DNA of 62,447 bases, filler included, from Choristocarpus tenellus KU-1152 (GCA_964200185.2; 15 parts of 15 records of this genome joined end to end with filler, not necessarily neighbours in it), one strand, 5' to 3'; positions 37,761 through 51,200 are shown, counted from the whole stretch's first letter. Translations and numbers: made by a program. The notes: generated by a model not told the origin, from the sequence alone.

Positions 37761-37920
37761 ATGCAACCATGCCTGCCTTTGAGTTGGTTTGACTCAAGGC
37801 TAATTAAGAACGAGGAATTTATTCAATACATTGGGTTCAAGTGTCCAGTCCTCGTCGTATTTTTTGAAGTGTAATAGAATATTGACAATTAAATTCTATT
37901 CTCAGGTGTATCTACATGGA

Positions 37921-37993
37921 GGCCGCGTGGCCCAATGGATAAGGCGTTGCCCTCCTAAGGCAAAGATTGTGGGTTCAAGTCCCACCGTGGTCG
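37921..37993 (+). tRNA. tRNA-Arg (anticodon CCT)
   Basis: Cloverleaf: acceptor GGCCGCG/CGTGGTC, D arm with TGG, anticodon arm TTGCC-CTCCTAA-GGCAA, T arm GTGGG-TTCAAGT-CCCAC; T5 Pol III terminator at 38008-38012. Confidence 0.95.
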
Positions 37994-39699
37994 CGGATTC
38001 TTGTCAATTTTTGACCCCTCTCATGTTTTTCTAACGAGATGAGTGAATATCACTATTATTATGTTTTTCCCAACGTGTTGATCGACGGGTTGGAGTCTAT
38101 CCCAAGATGATACAAATATGTACGTGTACGTACATCATATGAAAGTTACCCTAAGATACGGAAAAGTCTCGAGTACGATAGATTTATTGTCTGCCCGAGT
38201 GTGGAAACCCACTGGCGAATAATATATTACGTCCTACACGCATTATGTGCTACATACAATATGGAATATCCAGGGGTACAAATGGGTAAACTTGAATTGA
38301 GATGGATGTGCTGAAGGGCTCCATACCCTGCCCTGGGTTCCAGTACCTGAGAACTCCGGGTGTTTGCAATGATCATCCCCTGACCATCCATACACCATCA
38401 AAAGATGGCTCTTCGTCATTTGTNNNNNNNNNNNNNNNNNNNNNNNNNNNNNNNNNNNNNNNNNNNNTTAATTAATTAANNNNNNNNNNNNNNNNNNNNN
38501 NNNNNNNNNNNNNNNNNNNNNNNAAAAATCGAAACATGAAAAAATTGACCCCAAATGAACAGCCGCCACCCCCTCCCAGATACTTTGACCCCCAAAAAAG
38601 AGTTGTTTGACCGAAGCGGACGCCCCCTCACAAACCACCCCCCACCCCAGATACTTTGACCCAATAAGGGTTCTTCAAATGTATGCCTTCGCATTCAGTG
38701 TGCGTCTGGAGGAATATTGAGTTAAGAAGGAAGAGAAGCACAGTTGACAAGGAAGTGATGAACCATGTTGAAGTAGTATTGTTGAGAGGGATATGGTCTG
38801 CACCTCTAAAGGAAATCGGACATGAAGCACGTTTGTTCCGGATATGACGAGGGATAAACCAAGGCCCATCACCGAGATGTGCGCTAACGGGAATTTTGGA
38901 AAACAGTGATACTTCTGTACGGTAAAGTCTATTGTGGAATGAATTGTACCGTACAGCAATGAAAATGTTGGAAACCCATAGTACAATACTGCATGGTGTA
39001 ACATGAAGGGATCCTTGTGATATTGAATTGACTTTTCCCCTGACACATCTGCAAAATGTCAGAGGACATAATAAAAGGATACCCCAGGGAGATGGGCAAG
39101 GGGGGGGCTGTCATATTCTTGGGATACTTCCCTAGCTCCTCGCCCTGTGGTGCAGGACTAAGTTAGGTTGGAGGTATAGGAGGGGAGTGGTGTAGCATAC
39201 ATCGTAGTTAAATAGTAAAGGAATAATAATAATAAAATACATCATATGGTATGATAGCAGCAATAAAAAAAATATACGTTATTGTATGGTAACGTATAGC
39301 GCGAGGTATTGTGTACGGTATGGTTTGGTAACCTCAAGAAATTTCCCCTTTCGCAGGATATCTTGGCATTCAAATGGCACAGTATGATCGGCACATTGCT
39401 TCCACAGTCTTTCACGTTGTATCTAGTTTCTACCACATGTGGCCATCCTACGCACCCTGGGAGTCGCCTCTCGTGAGATGCTGGTGGCCCCCTACTTGAT
39501 GTTAACACCAAAATCTATCCTGTAAAAGCGACTGGTCATTCAAAGGAGCATGGCCTATTTGACACAGCAAAATACTTTCACCATGCCGTCTCTCACCTAT
39601 CTGTGATGCCCTAGCGTGCCCTGGCGGTTGTCTTGGGCTTTGTTGTTAACCAAACGCTAAGTTCGATTGCTTCCTTGTATTCCTGCTTGTTGAACTCGT

Positions 39700-39950
39700 T
39701 GAGGTGTGTCCTGAAAAGGGCAAGAAGGCGCAGTTTTGTATAATTGCAGAAAGAGTCTTTGTTTTAATTGTGGTTGTTACTCTGTGTGTGACAAGGGGGA
39801 ATATCAATTTTGCGTACACTATTGTGCACATAATAAAGCAATGGAACAGAGCGTATTGCACAGGGTAAGAAAGGTGACATAGAATGCAAAAGGGTACAAA
39901 TCTTCCTACCTCTCAAATGGTTTGGTTCAGTTGTGGGTGGGGAAATGTCT
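39700..39950 (+). pseudogene. Decayed Copia integrase-like fragment
   Basis: Reverse-complement homolog of ~37530-37750. Confidence 0.4.
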
Positions 39951-41551
39951 GCACTCCGTACACTTCCATTTCTTACGACCAAGACGCCACACCTCATCTT
40001 CTTCGTGGAACCCTTGAGGGAAATGAAATATTGGAAAATGCTTCCACACACTGATCTCCTGGTAAATTATTTCCCTGTGTTGGTGGCCTCGATAACTATC
40101 ACCAATGCCACGCTGCCCTTTCAATTTAGGACGAGCCAAAGTAGGCCGCTCTCTGACTCTGATGCCATGCTGTCGATCTCAGAATTTGCACTCTCAATGT
40201 CCATGGTAGCATGCGAGGAATCATCCTCTGACAAAGAGACAACTTCCTTTTTTTCCTGGTCTTTGTTGATCTCATTTTCCTTCATGCTTGACACATTGCT
40301 TTCCCGCTCCGTCGCTCATTCCCAAAAAGAAAAAGAAATACACCTATGTCTGCTAACTGTCTAACTGTACTTCCTATCTGTACAACGGTTGTTATGTTGT
40401 TCTGGTGTGATTGTTGTGTGTGTGTGATGGTGCAGGCCGTGGTGTGGTAATCTACAATCACAAAACCTTCAGAAAAATAATATTTTCTGTAACAAGAAGG
40501 AACGCAAACATATATATATAGTACATACGTCATCCGAAAAATATGCGTAAAATGTGTAAATGTTAGAGATTATACTCTACTACTATATACGATAGGTGGA
40601 TCATTATAAACAGCGTAGTAGTTCCAAGTAGTATTATGGAGGAAAGTAGTATCTTCTGGAATTTTTCGAGTTGGACAACAAACAAAATATGGTTGGAATT
40701 ATGGTGGCAAGGCAAATTTAATGACGTTGGTTCAAGGTCCTAACTCCACCTGGAACCCAAGAGCAAATTTGGAGAAAATACGTAAGTCATACAGTAGACT
40801 GGAGGCATTCAAACCTCTGTAAAATCTGCTACTGTTCGATTCGTCCCATGAACTATATATTAAATTAAAGCTGGTATCCTAACGCACCAAACAAGCTATA
40901 GAGTACCTTTGATTCACAACACAGCGTGCAATGGTGTGCATTATCTGATAAAAGGGATTATTTCCGGTTTTTTTTTGTTTCCTTATGGACCCCTTCAACC
41001 AGGAACCGATGAACACATGCTTTCCTCTACTCCGTCAGAGGTAGAATATTGATTCAACCCCTTCTCTACACATAGCCCAAGTGCTTCAGGACAGAATCCA
41101 GACACCTCAATGAGAGTTCCACCACAAACTTGTCTTTACCCAGGTCACCAAGTCCTGACGGAAGATCACATTTCCCAACAATTGCCATATAAAGATAAAT
41201 AATTTCATCTCATCGAGGTGTGGTTTAAGGAGCTTGCACCTCTTGTCGTAGTCCACTTGAAACAGTTCCCCTCCCAGTCCCAGGGTGCAAAGATCTCCCC
41301 TTTCCTCTCTCAAGTTTTTACAGTGCGAAAAACCTTGCCATATCCCATTCCCATTGCCAGGTGGACACTCTCCACCGTCTTTGTTTGGATTCAATTCTTC
41401 CAGATGACGAACTGGTAGTACAGGATCAGCAGTACATGCGCCTACTCCTTGGAAAGCACCCCTCTGCGGACCAACTTGAGTTTCTCACTTCCCTCTTTGG
41501 CATCAGCTTCCCTAATCTCCTGAGCATTAGGTCTGGTGGCATCCAAGTCCT

Positions 41552-41814
41552 GAGCTAAAGTATCTTAGAGGGTAGAGCCGCGTCCACTTGGGGGTCAAAA
41601 TCCAATGTTGCGATTTTGATGTAATTTTGGCTATCGTGTTTATTATTAGGAAGTGTCAATATCCTTGTTCCGTACACACCTTTTAATATCGTATACATTT
41701 TACCTACTCCGAATCATTTCGGAGTAGGAAATGTCATTCAAATTCCGTGGGAAGCCAAGCCCCAAATAATGAACAAACAGGGCAAAACTCGTACCCTCTA
41801 TGATACTTTAACTC
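41552..41814 (+). mobile_element. MITE family A
   Basis: Both TIRs; TSD TCCT. Confidence 0.92.
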
Positions 41815-42576
41815 TCCTGCTTCCTTGTTGTTGCAGCCAATTGTGCCCTTGCCTCATCTTTAGTTGGACACCCCCTATCCCTATTGTATATCTGGCACTG
41901 TTGAAGAACAAGAGGAAAATGACTTGACAATTGACACAGCCAGTGATGTACCATGTATTTCTGAAATATTTGTTCGCAATCACCCTCAACTGCAAGCACC
42001 TCTGTGGCTAGTCCTTTTGATCTCTTGTTTCTCGTATTCCCCACCCAGAGACTCCTTGAGGCGTTGGCAACTCTTTCTGGTTTTGAGTCTTGAAAATGAC
42101 CCTTGATAGATTCCTGCGCCTAGTCCTGTTCTCTCTGACAAGCAAGTGTGGTCTCCCTCACTTTCCTTCTGCAACATCTAAATCGGAGAATTATCAGGAC
42201 TTGAACATGGCGCACCCAATTTTCATGTGTTCATTAAGGGACAAGGGTAAGTGTTACACCAGTTTGAAGCTAAAGTAATAAGGTTTCCCCCGACTACATA
42301 GTCAGGAAGGAGTAAGCACCATATTATATCGAATGAGACAATCCAAATAGATGTGAACGCAAGGTCCCCTCAAACCACCTGGTATTAACTTCAAGCAGAT
42401 GTTAATTTCAACATGTACAAGGGGATATTATACAAACAACAGATTTTCAAGGTAGGTCACCTTAAAGGTATACCCTTGATGCAAGATGGTTGCGATATAT
42501 ATAGGGAATAATAATAAGAAATAATATATGTAATCAATACATTTATGGTATGTATTGTGAAAAACCATTAAAATAA

Positions 42577-42794
42577 GTCTCCATGTTCGGCTGATGGTTT
42601 GCCCCGACTGACCCTTACAATTCCACGTTTGTCAGGTTGATACGCAGTCTTCATCATATCATTGACAAGTTGACAGATTATGACATTGATATGATGCAGA
42701 CATATATCTTGATATGATGCAAACCTGTGTATCAACTTGATCAACATGGTACTATTACCGGTAGCCGAGGCAAAGCGTCAGCCAAACATGGACC
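42577..42794. mobile_element. Tourist-like (PIF/Harbinger) MITE
   Basis: ~32-bp TIR CCATGTTCGGCTGATGGTTTGCCCCG / CGAGGCAAAGCGTCAGCCAAACATGG; flanks TAA/TCA. Confidence 0.6.
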
Positions 42795-43306
42795 TCAGCC
42801 AGACTGTCACGGAGATGAGGGATACGACTAAATGTAAGTCTGCTTCTCTCTAAAACATCTCTCCTTTCCCGAAAGTATAATTTTCTTATTTCGTAGGGAT
42901 GTGTATCGTTCTTCCTCCACGAATGATGATGTACCTATACTTAGACGAGTTTCCGCATTCATGTCGTTCTTCAACTCCACGACTTTCAAGGTGACGAACA
43001 AACCTTTTCATCCCATAAGAGTAACACTGCCATGCCTTCCATACATCGTACTGCCCACCCTTCCTGATATATCACCTTCTTTTCAGATTGTATCTATACA
43101 TAATCAAGTTCCAAACTTTCCCACTTCGTCTCGAAGAGAAGTTCCCATTCCCTCAGAGTAAGAAACTCTTTTACCTACTGTTAGTGATGAACCCCCGCCT
43201 ACCCCCTGTGATACTGTGTTGGGACCATATGTCTGTTCATTTCACGACATTGATTAACTTAATGCCCGTGATCCTTGGCAGTTTGTTGCCAAATATTGCC
43301 TGAATA

Positions 43307-44035
43307 GTGACAATGTGGAATGCTGATGATGGTTCAGGTTTGATACAAGTTGCTATCATGTCTCCCCAAACATTCCATACACCAAAAGGTACTTCAATTG
43401 GTCACGCTTGCCCAGTGGATCTAGTCACCACGAAATCCGCTCACGTTAGCGCTATCATCCCTCTGCCTCCATCGGAACAAACTTCTCTTGACATTGCTCT
43501 GAAATCTGCTTCCACCAACAACACTTTCCCTCCTCCTCAAGTGCAAGAAACACCCCTCAAACCAGGCACGATACTTTTTGATCGAGCACCATATAGAGCC
43601 AATGCAGATGTGAGAGGTATTATTGATAATGTGTTGAAGAGTTAAAAGTCAAGGGACTGTTGATGCTTGCTCTACCCCTAGGGATCTCCTGTTACTGTAG
43701 GGGCCAAAGCAGATGGGACTCCTAGATTTTGTGTAGATTACCAAAGGACGAGCAACAAACAACCTGTTGAACATTCTTGACCCATTCCTATTGGTACAGC
43801 AAAGTTCAGTTGTGTTGCGTATGTGAAATCACCAGGTCATCAAATTCCTGCCAAGGAAGGAGATGTTGACAAGACTGCCTTGTCATCCAGAAGGTAAGCT
43901 TGTATGTTTACGAATTCCTCTTGGACTTAGCAATAATATATTTATATTTCAATTCATGATGGCTCGATATCTATCTCATTTGGTTCAGGGTCGGATCTGC
44001 TTTGGTAGATGGATGAGCTCACTCTTTGTTCCGCC
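43307..44035 (+). pseudogene. Decayed Ty3/Gypsy pol (pre-RT region plus RT)
   Basis: PLKPGT...DRAPYRAN, GSPVTVGAKADGTPRFCVDY, RIPLGLSN; clear paralog of the element at 59856-62447. Confidence 0.8.
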
Positions 44036-44037
44036 AT

Positions 44038-44210
44038 GGCCTCAAAGTATCTGGGGGGGGGGGTGGCGGCTGTCCATTTGGGGACAGTTTTTTCATGTCG
44101 CGATTTTGGGGTGTTTTGGTTGCATAAGTCGGATGGACGGTGTAAATGCACTTTTCCTGATTTTGGACCAAATGGACACCCTGGTGTAAACCACCCCACC
44201 CCCCCCCCCC
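44038..44210 (+). mobile_element. MITE family C (G-tract-bearing, Sola2-like); longest visible copy
   Basis: CAAAGTATCT(G)n-TGGCGGCTGTCCATTTGGGG...CCAAATGGACA...(C)n. Terminal fragments also near 6776, 9533, 13089, 17186, 30089, 38524, 47796, 50456, 50585 and 55684. Confidence 0.8.
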
Positions 44211-46491
44211 GCCACTCTCGGCCCACCTGGCGCCGCGTATCCATTTTCCTGAGGAGNNNNNNNNNNNNNNNNNNNNNNNNNNNNNNNNNNNNNNNNNNNN
44301 TTAATTAATTAANNNNNNNNNNNNNNNNNNNNNNNNNNNNNNNNNNNNNNNNNNNNGGGGGGAAGGGGGGGGGGGGGGGGAGGCGGAAGGGGGGGAAGGA
44401 AAGAGGGGGGGGGGGGGAGGGGAAACATCAAGACAGGCATACGTCACGAATGCAGGGTCAGAGGTGGAAGGAATAAAACTTGAATCTTGTTTAGATCATT
44501 GAAACACAAGATAGGGCAATAGACACTGAACGAGCAAACTATCGAGGGGGAGGGGAGGGGGGAGGGGGGGCGATCCACAGCACTTTGCACCTTTTAGAAG
44601 GATTTATTTTCACCTTGCATCAATTTTTTACCAGAGAAGCAATCCAGAGGTGTTTGACAGTCAAAGCGTGCTATAAAGAAAGAGTGTCAAAAGGCATGAG
44701 TAGACTAGGTCACCTCTATCCATCTAAAGGTATTGGGAGACAAACCATGCTGGTGGAAAAAAATCCTTAGAAAACAAAAATATACTTCAATGCAATATGG
44801 ATTACTAGCCAAGTCCTTCTGGCTACTCAGGACTCAAAGCGTAACACCTTACACAATATAAGAATAGTTTATCCACTCAACATTCCAGTGTAGTACGCAC
44901 CAAAATATTGTGATGTGAGCATGGTGCATGAGGTGCCAATGCCAGCATGGGAATGAGGGTATATTGGGGCTGGGGCAAGGGTCACATCTGGGCTAGAAGT
45001 AGAAAGAGTATTAGCACAAGAGACTGAGACTGGAGTGGACCTCACACAGATGGGGACAAAATTAGGGTGCTCTGTGTTGTCTTGTGTCCAGAAGTCTCAA
45101 CCTCTTATGATGATCCCCCTCACACTTCAATCCCTGGCATGGTCCTTACCCTTGCCCCAGGACACTCTGCTATCATGCTGGCATGGACATCTCGTACCCA
45201 AATCACCTTCTCCTATGCTAATTCCCATCACAACCGCTACGAAAGACTCTTGACCCCTTTCCCCCCTCACCACCCTCCCCCTCCATCACCTTCCACCTTC
45301 TGCCCCTACCTTTCCAGCCATAGTCTCCACTCCTACGCCGGAATCAGCCATGGGGAGTGCCCTTTGAGGCAAGAGATTCTTCGACGCTGCAAAGACATTA
45401 CACAAACTCCTGGAGTTGAGGGAATCAGAGCAGATGTAGGACTGTGGTGTGGGTGGGGCATACACAGGGAGTGATACAGGCAGTAAAGGTGCTTGGGCCA
45501 GTGGTAGGCTAAGGGTGTATTGAGGTCAGATAAAGAACAAATCATGTAGGACTGGGCTATTCCCCAGTTGCGTTCAGCCCCAGTCCAGCATTGGTCTTCT
45601 TCACACACCCCTATTAACACTCATCCTCTTTCCTTCCCCCTTCTCACTGGATATTGTTGCTCAAAACCAGCTGACCACTGCCATTGCCATGTGCATCACT
45701 GGTGCCTACAAAAAAAGGAAGGGCACTGTGCACCACCTGCATCAGAGTCCTGGGGTTTGCAGAGAGGGGTGCAATTTTATAAGCGGATTGGAGGCAATTG
45801 TGAGGGGAGGATGATCTGTGCAGCACATTTGCTGTGGTATGATATTAATGGTTCAACTTCATACATTAGCCTTGAAGGCAGACATTTTTAAGGTTAAAGG
45901 GGGAGTGGTGCTTGGAACACCCTACCATATACAGCAGATGGAGAGGCCACCAAGTGGCAGACATAGGAGACAGCAATATTTGAAAGTTGCAGTAACCCCA
46001 ACCTATGAGAGATGATACAGCACTTGAGTGGTAAACGGTGTGTATTTCTAGGAAAGACCCTCACCTCTCTTCAGAGGTTAGACGCAAGGGCATCAAGTGC
46101 ACCATACTATCCAAGTTTTGAGGAGGGATTCTTCCCAGACCCCATCCTCCCCCACCCTCCTCCCTTCTCTGGTACATCCTCTCCCCCAGACTCCAATTTT
46201 CCAGTCCAAGAGCCCCGTGCTCTCTTCCTGTTGCTAGGATCCCATGGCCCTGTGCAGGAGGTGGTGGAGGCCTGTCTCCAGGCGCAGAATTGTCCCACAT
46301 TTTCCTGCTTCTTGATGATAGGACTTTATCTTCCACTGGCTCTCTCACCTGTGTGAGTCAAGAGGCCAATGACCAGAGATCGGGAAAGGATCCTACAGAT
46401 ATGAACACTTTTTTTTTTTCGAAGTGTGGCTGGTGCTGTTCTCTGTGAAGGGCAGAAGGATAAAGGAGAAAGGGGTAAGAGGATGCAGCAC

Positions 46492-46594
46492 CTGAGAGAG
46501 AAGCTGCCCCATTTCTACCACATGAAGAACATCTTTCTCCTCATTGAACATCCTCACTTGTTCCAGCTTCTCATTGCGCTCCTCAAGGTCACGC
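46492..46594 (-). CDS. Coiled-coil protein exon
   Basis: ttcag|g RDLEERNEKLEQVRMFNEEKDVLHVVEMGQLLSQ|gtgctg; phase-compatible with the upstream exon. Confidence 0.7.
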
Positions 46595-47224
46595 CTGAAC
46601 AGCCGGAGGAGAAGGTCAAGTGAGAAAAGAGAGATATATTGCTTACAAGTTAGTTTTTCCTGTGCCATAGATGAATGAGCCTAGTCAATGTGGGGGTGTT
46701 TCTTGGATTAGGATGCTTTGTACAGGGGTTTCACCTTTGTAACAGACTCACAAAGCTTGTCAGCCCAGCTTGAGTACAGACTGCTATTATTTTCTGTGCT
46801 GAAGGGACTACCTGGTGCTATACTGATTGCTAAATATTTCGATTTTTAATTCCTTGCTCTGTTGCCCAATTTAGAAATGTAAGGTAAAACAGATATTCGA
46901 AATTCTGTATGCATACTATCAATAAATGTCACCTACATGCCCTACATTTGTGAAACTTGGGAACATTCCATCATTGATTTTCTGACACAACGCCACAGCA
47001 ATCCCAGTGCACTTTTACCCAATTAACTGTCCACCAACTGGTACTTACTTGAACGTGCATTGTACATGAAAGCCACGTAATGGCACTGACATCGAGACAA
47101 CTGACTGCAAGATCAAAATCATTCAACACATAGGAATAGGTAAGGCCCCAGTGGAGCAAGGAGTTAAAGTGAAGTGAAGAGTCCTTCAAAAAACTAGAGG
47201 GTGGGTAGAGAGTGCACACAGCAC

Positions 47225-47580
47225 CTCAGTTTTTCCATCTCCTGGCTGACAGAAGCCTTTTTGGCAGCATCAAGTTGAGCCTTCCGAAGCTCAGCAAGTT
47301 CATCCACCTGATCTCTGGCAACCAAAAGCTCCATTTCCATCTTCGACACCCTTGCAGTCAGAGTCACATTGAGAGCCTTGCTCTCCTCTTGCAACTGCTG
47401 TGCATTGGATACCTGTGCAGAAATCATACCAAGCTTTTCCTCTGACAACATGGCCAGTTTTGCCTGAGATTCTGACCTTCTGTCAGCCTCTGTTGCCGCT
47501 GCCTTAACCAATTGATATTCCTCATTCAGGCACAGGACCTCCTTTGAGAGTCCTTTGGCCCGATACTCTGCCTGCCTCAC
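47225..47580 (-). CDS. Coiled-coil protein exon
   Basis: caacag acceptor; 356-nt E/K/A/L-rich heptad-like frame; phase-2 donor. Confidence 0.75.
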
Positions 47581-49199
47581 CTGTTGTTTGATTAGATATA
47601 ATGTTGATTGATCAAAGAGGTGGGACTAAGGGCAGTGAGTGATCGTTTGTTGTACACTGTCCCATCAATGAATGAAAGGACAATATGCAAGTGGGTCATT
47701 TTGTGGAAAAAAAATCAAGCAAACAAAGCCGTACGTTGCCCTAACAATAAACGTTAGACATAACCCTTGTTCTAGATAAAGGGCGATATGGAGCAGGGTC
47801 AAAGTATCTGGGGGGGGGGGGGGGGGGGGGGGGCGCGCGCGTTTTGTNNNNNNNNNNNNNNNNNNNNNNNNNNNNNNNNNNNNNNNNNNNNTTAATTAAT
47901 TAANNNNNNNNNNNNNNNNNNNNNNNNNNNNNNNNNNNNNNNNNNNNGCGTTTTTTTGCGTCTGGTGGTAGTATGCCCACAGGAGAATAAGGTAAGTGCG
48001 CATTGGACAATCAAACTCAGGCGACGCGTTGATATGTTTGTTTGTATGTAATATGTTTGAAGAATATTTCTGAAAAACAATTGAAACCGTAGTTTTAAAA
48101 AAAAAAAATCTTGATCTTTTTTTTTGTTTTCTCATGTGTGTGCACACCATTGCAGCGCTCAGCAGAGTTCAGAATGCGCTGTGACTTCGGTTTAGTCAGC
48201 GGTACAACGTGTGACTAAGTATATGTGTCTCAATACGTGTATTTATATATGACTAACAACAAAAACTGTTAACAAAATATGTGCAATTACTTGTGCTGTT
48301 CTTGGTGGATGACGAAATATCAAACCGCATCATCGATTGCCAATTTCATCAGAGGTGGAAAAGCATGATATTCTTGAATTAGGTGGCTGCTGCAAGGGAA
48401 AAGGTCCCCCTATGTAATACCTTGGTGCTCAGCGCTGGTGTGCATGCATGGTTTGATTTGATTGGGCAACGTGAGAATTTTTGTGACGATTTGAAGTTTA
48501 CAGTGGTGAATATATTTTTTTAATTGCTATGTTTTGAGCTGGTACAGGCCTTTTTTGAAAACTGTCCACCTTAAGGTGTGTCAGGCCCTGATGGCTAAGC
48601 TCACGTTAATGCATGAACTTCTGGCAGCACAGTGAGTTGGTAAATAAGACAATCCATTTTTAGTTGGTACCGGGTTGCCTTAAAAGGGACCACCAACTGC
48701 ACTGCAGCAAGGTGTTGTTCAAGTACCTTCATGTAAAGTAAGAAATTCTGTGGTGGATATGTGTAAGGTGTGATCACAATGGATTAGAGTTGTGAACTGA
48801 AAGGATTTGTAACCAACAATTATCCAATTATTGAATTCAGTACTAAGTTGTCCTTCTTATACTATAGAAAAAAGAACCATGAAATGGGCAGGGCGTTGCA
48901 CCACATCCTGGGTCAATGAAGGCAATGGAAGATATGATATGCTTCTAGATATTGTCACCAAGCTCTGTTTATATTTTGGTGCAAAGCACGTGAGCAGACC
49001 CCAAGAACTACCTCCTTTCCCACACTCTCCAGGAAGGTTGCTCCCTTGACCACCCAAAGGCTCATCTGCATCCAGCACTCTCTGCCTATCCTCTAGCTTC
49101 TTACGTACTCTGCTGGAGTCCATTTCCTTAAGTGGTACAGCACAGCGTTATACTGTGCAAATAGACTCCACAAGACCTGTGCTCATGGGTCTCAGCATC

Positions 49200-50227
49200 A
49201 CCATCTTGGTACACCTTAACAAAAAAAAATTATGAGGTCATCCATACTTTCCGTGTGAATTCTATTTGCTCTAGCCTGTAGTGAGTGGAACAACGGAAGA
49301 ATACAGAGTGTTGAAATCCGGTGACTAGGCAGGCTAGAGCAAATAGATCAACATCATCGATTAGCCTTTTTCAGAGGCCCAAGTATCCGCCGCTTCGTCG
49401 GCAGATGCTTTATGGGACCTTTCATTGTCATCTTGAAGGAACATAATATCCTGTTCTAACAGGCACGATTGAGACACAACATCTGGCAGGACCCTCTCCT
49501 TGAGCATGTTCTCGCAGAGATCACCGGTCATAGTGGCATTCCTGGTCTCCATCATACAGTGGGCATGATTACAGCTACGATCATTTTGCCGCTGCATCCT
49601 CTGTCAGTGGCCAATTACTGATCTTCCCGTCCCTCCAAGTTCCATCCTTCGAAACACGGGGCCGTGTGTTCACACTCCAAAACATCGCTTTTGGTACTTG
49701 TGACTTGCCCTGTGGTGTGCAAGGAGACCTTGTCGGTGCCTCCCCAGGGATACAGTAGTAAAATAACCCCAACAGATGGGCTCAGTCAAGCATGGTCTCA
49801 AAGACATACTCCCCGTGCCTTTTTTCAGCACGCTGTTCATGATGAAGTCCACCCTACAGATCTTCTGCTGGTCAGAGAGGGAGGGTTTGATGACTCTTCT
49901 GTAGGGTTTAACCCCTACCTCTGTGATGTACCCCCTCCATGTCGATATGGTGACATTGGCCTCCCTTGCCCATCTCATCGGACTGGTCTGTTCAACCCCA
50001 GGTACTCCATCAATCGCATCAGCACCTTCTTCTTTTTTTTCAAGAAGTGGTCTTGACCGTCTCTTGTGGCAAGAGGCGACAGCAATGTTCATACACCGAA
50101 CCGTGGTGGTTGGGACTGTTCCATACCTATGTCCGATTTCTATCTGGACGCCTCATCAGACCTTGCCAAACTCCTTGCACAGACTGAACTATTTTCTCTT
50201 TATTCCTTTCCTGATCCCCCCCTTCAT
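49200..50227 (-). pseudogene. Decayed plant-type mariner (DD39D-like) transposase
   Basis: IKPSLSDQQKICRVDF, KSQVPKAMFWSVNTRPR, DGKISNWPL, MLKERVLP, LQDDNERSH (QQDNA.PH), *PA*SPDFNTL (QP.NSPDLN.LD). Confidence 0.85.
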
Positions 50228-50959
50228 AATAGTTTCCCACTTTTTTTTATAATCACACACACACACACACACATACATCAAAAACAAATTCATCACAGCT
50301 CTGCCCCCTTTTGCCACTCCCCTTCCTCTGGTAGGGATCTACTCTTAAGCCAAGGGAAGTCCGCACGCTGCGGCGAACTGGAAAAGACTGCCTGACATTC
50401 ATTCCATTCATAGTAATCCTTATTATCCCACTTACTCCAGGTGAGCCTCCTTTGTGGGTCAGAGTATCTGAGGGGGGGGGGGGGNNNNNNNNNNNNNNNN
50501 NNNNNNNNNNNNNNNNNNNNNNNNNNNNTTAATTAATTAANNNNNNNNNNNNNNNNNNNNNNNNNNNNNNNNNNNNNNNNNNNNCCACCCCCCCCCAGTG
50601 GAGGTCCCCCCCCCCCCCCCCCCCCAGATACTTTGGGTCACTGACATTTTGCAGATGTTGTGATGGGGGAAACAAGAAGCAACATGAAGGGCAGAAAATA
50701 CAACCAAAACAACAGTATTGATATAAAAATGAAGGCATTACAATACACCAATAGTGCAGTAGTAGTTCTGTATGTTGAGAACAAGAAACTAACCACATCC
50801 ATTTTGGGAACTTAAATAGAGTAGATTATGTGTATCATACCATTTTATTTTATCCGAAAAACAAACAAGAAACACCTATGAACAAGACGTGGAGCTGAAA
50901 CTGTACTCTTCCTAGACTGCAGATATGAAGGCGGTCTGGAAAGAAGGAAAACTTTGAAC

Positions 50960-51200
50960 CAGTTGGTCTATCGTCGCCTTGTACCTTGAAGCGAATGATG
51001 CCTCTTGAAATTGACACTTGGACTCCTAACGTCACCTGTCGTAGATGTACGTTCATGTACCCCTCCCCCTTGGCACCACACCACGGTAGTCGCCAGCTTA
51101 TCCAGGAATTGCTCTGTCTGGGTGCCAGGAACCCGAAGCTTTCCCCTGTGAAGGTGTTGAGGTTATACCTGTGAGAGTCAAAACATAATTGTTGTAGTGG
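50960..51200 (-). pseudogene. C-terminal (RLE) fragment of a CRE-like non-LTR retrotransposon
   Basis: YNLNTFTGESFGFL / EQFLDKLATTVV / LGVQVSISRGIIRF, resembling AVESFGRLG...F.D.LA...SV..QVAISR. Confidence 0.5.

Noticed and set aside
37831-37850. GGGTTCAAGT B-box-like motif upstream of the tRNA
   Set aside because: No A box or cloverleaf around it, so not a second tRNA.
39330-39520. RhoGAP-like VPIILCHL segment on the minus strand
   Set aside because: Only one short motif, stops and frameshifts nearby, and no GIFR exon found.
39850-39930. IECKRVQIFLPL resembling the PIF1/Helitron helicase R.QFPL motif
   Set aside because: No following LAWA.T.HKSQG; the context fits a decayed Copia integrase better.
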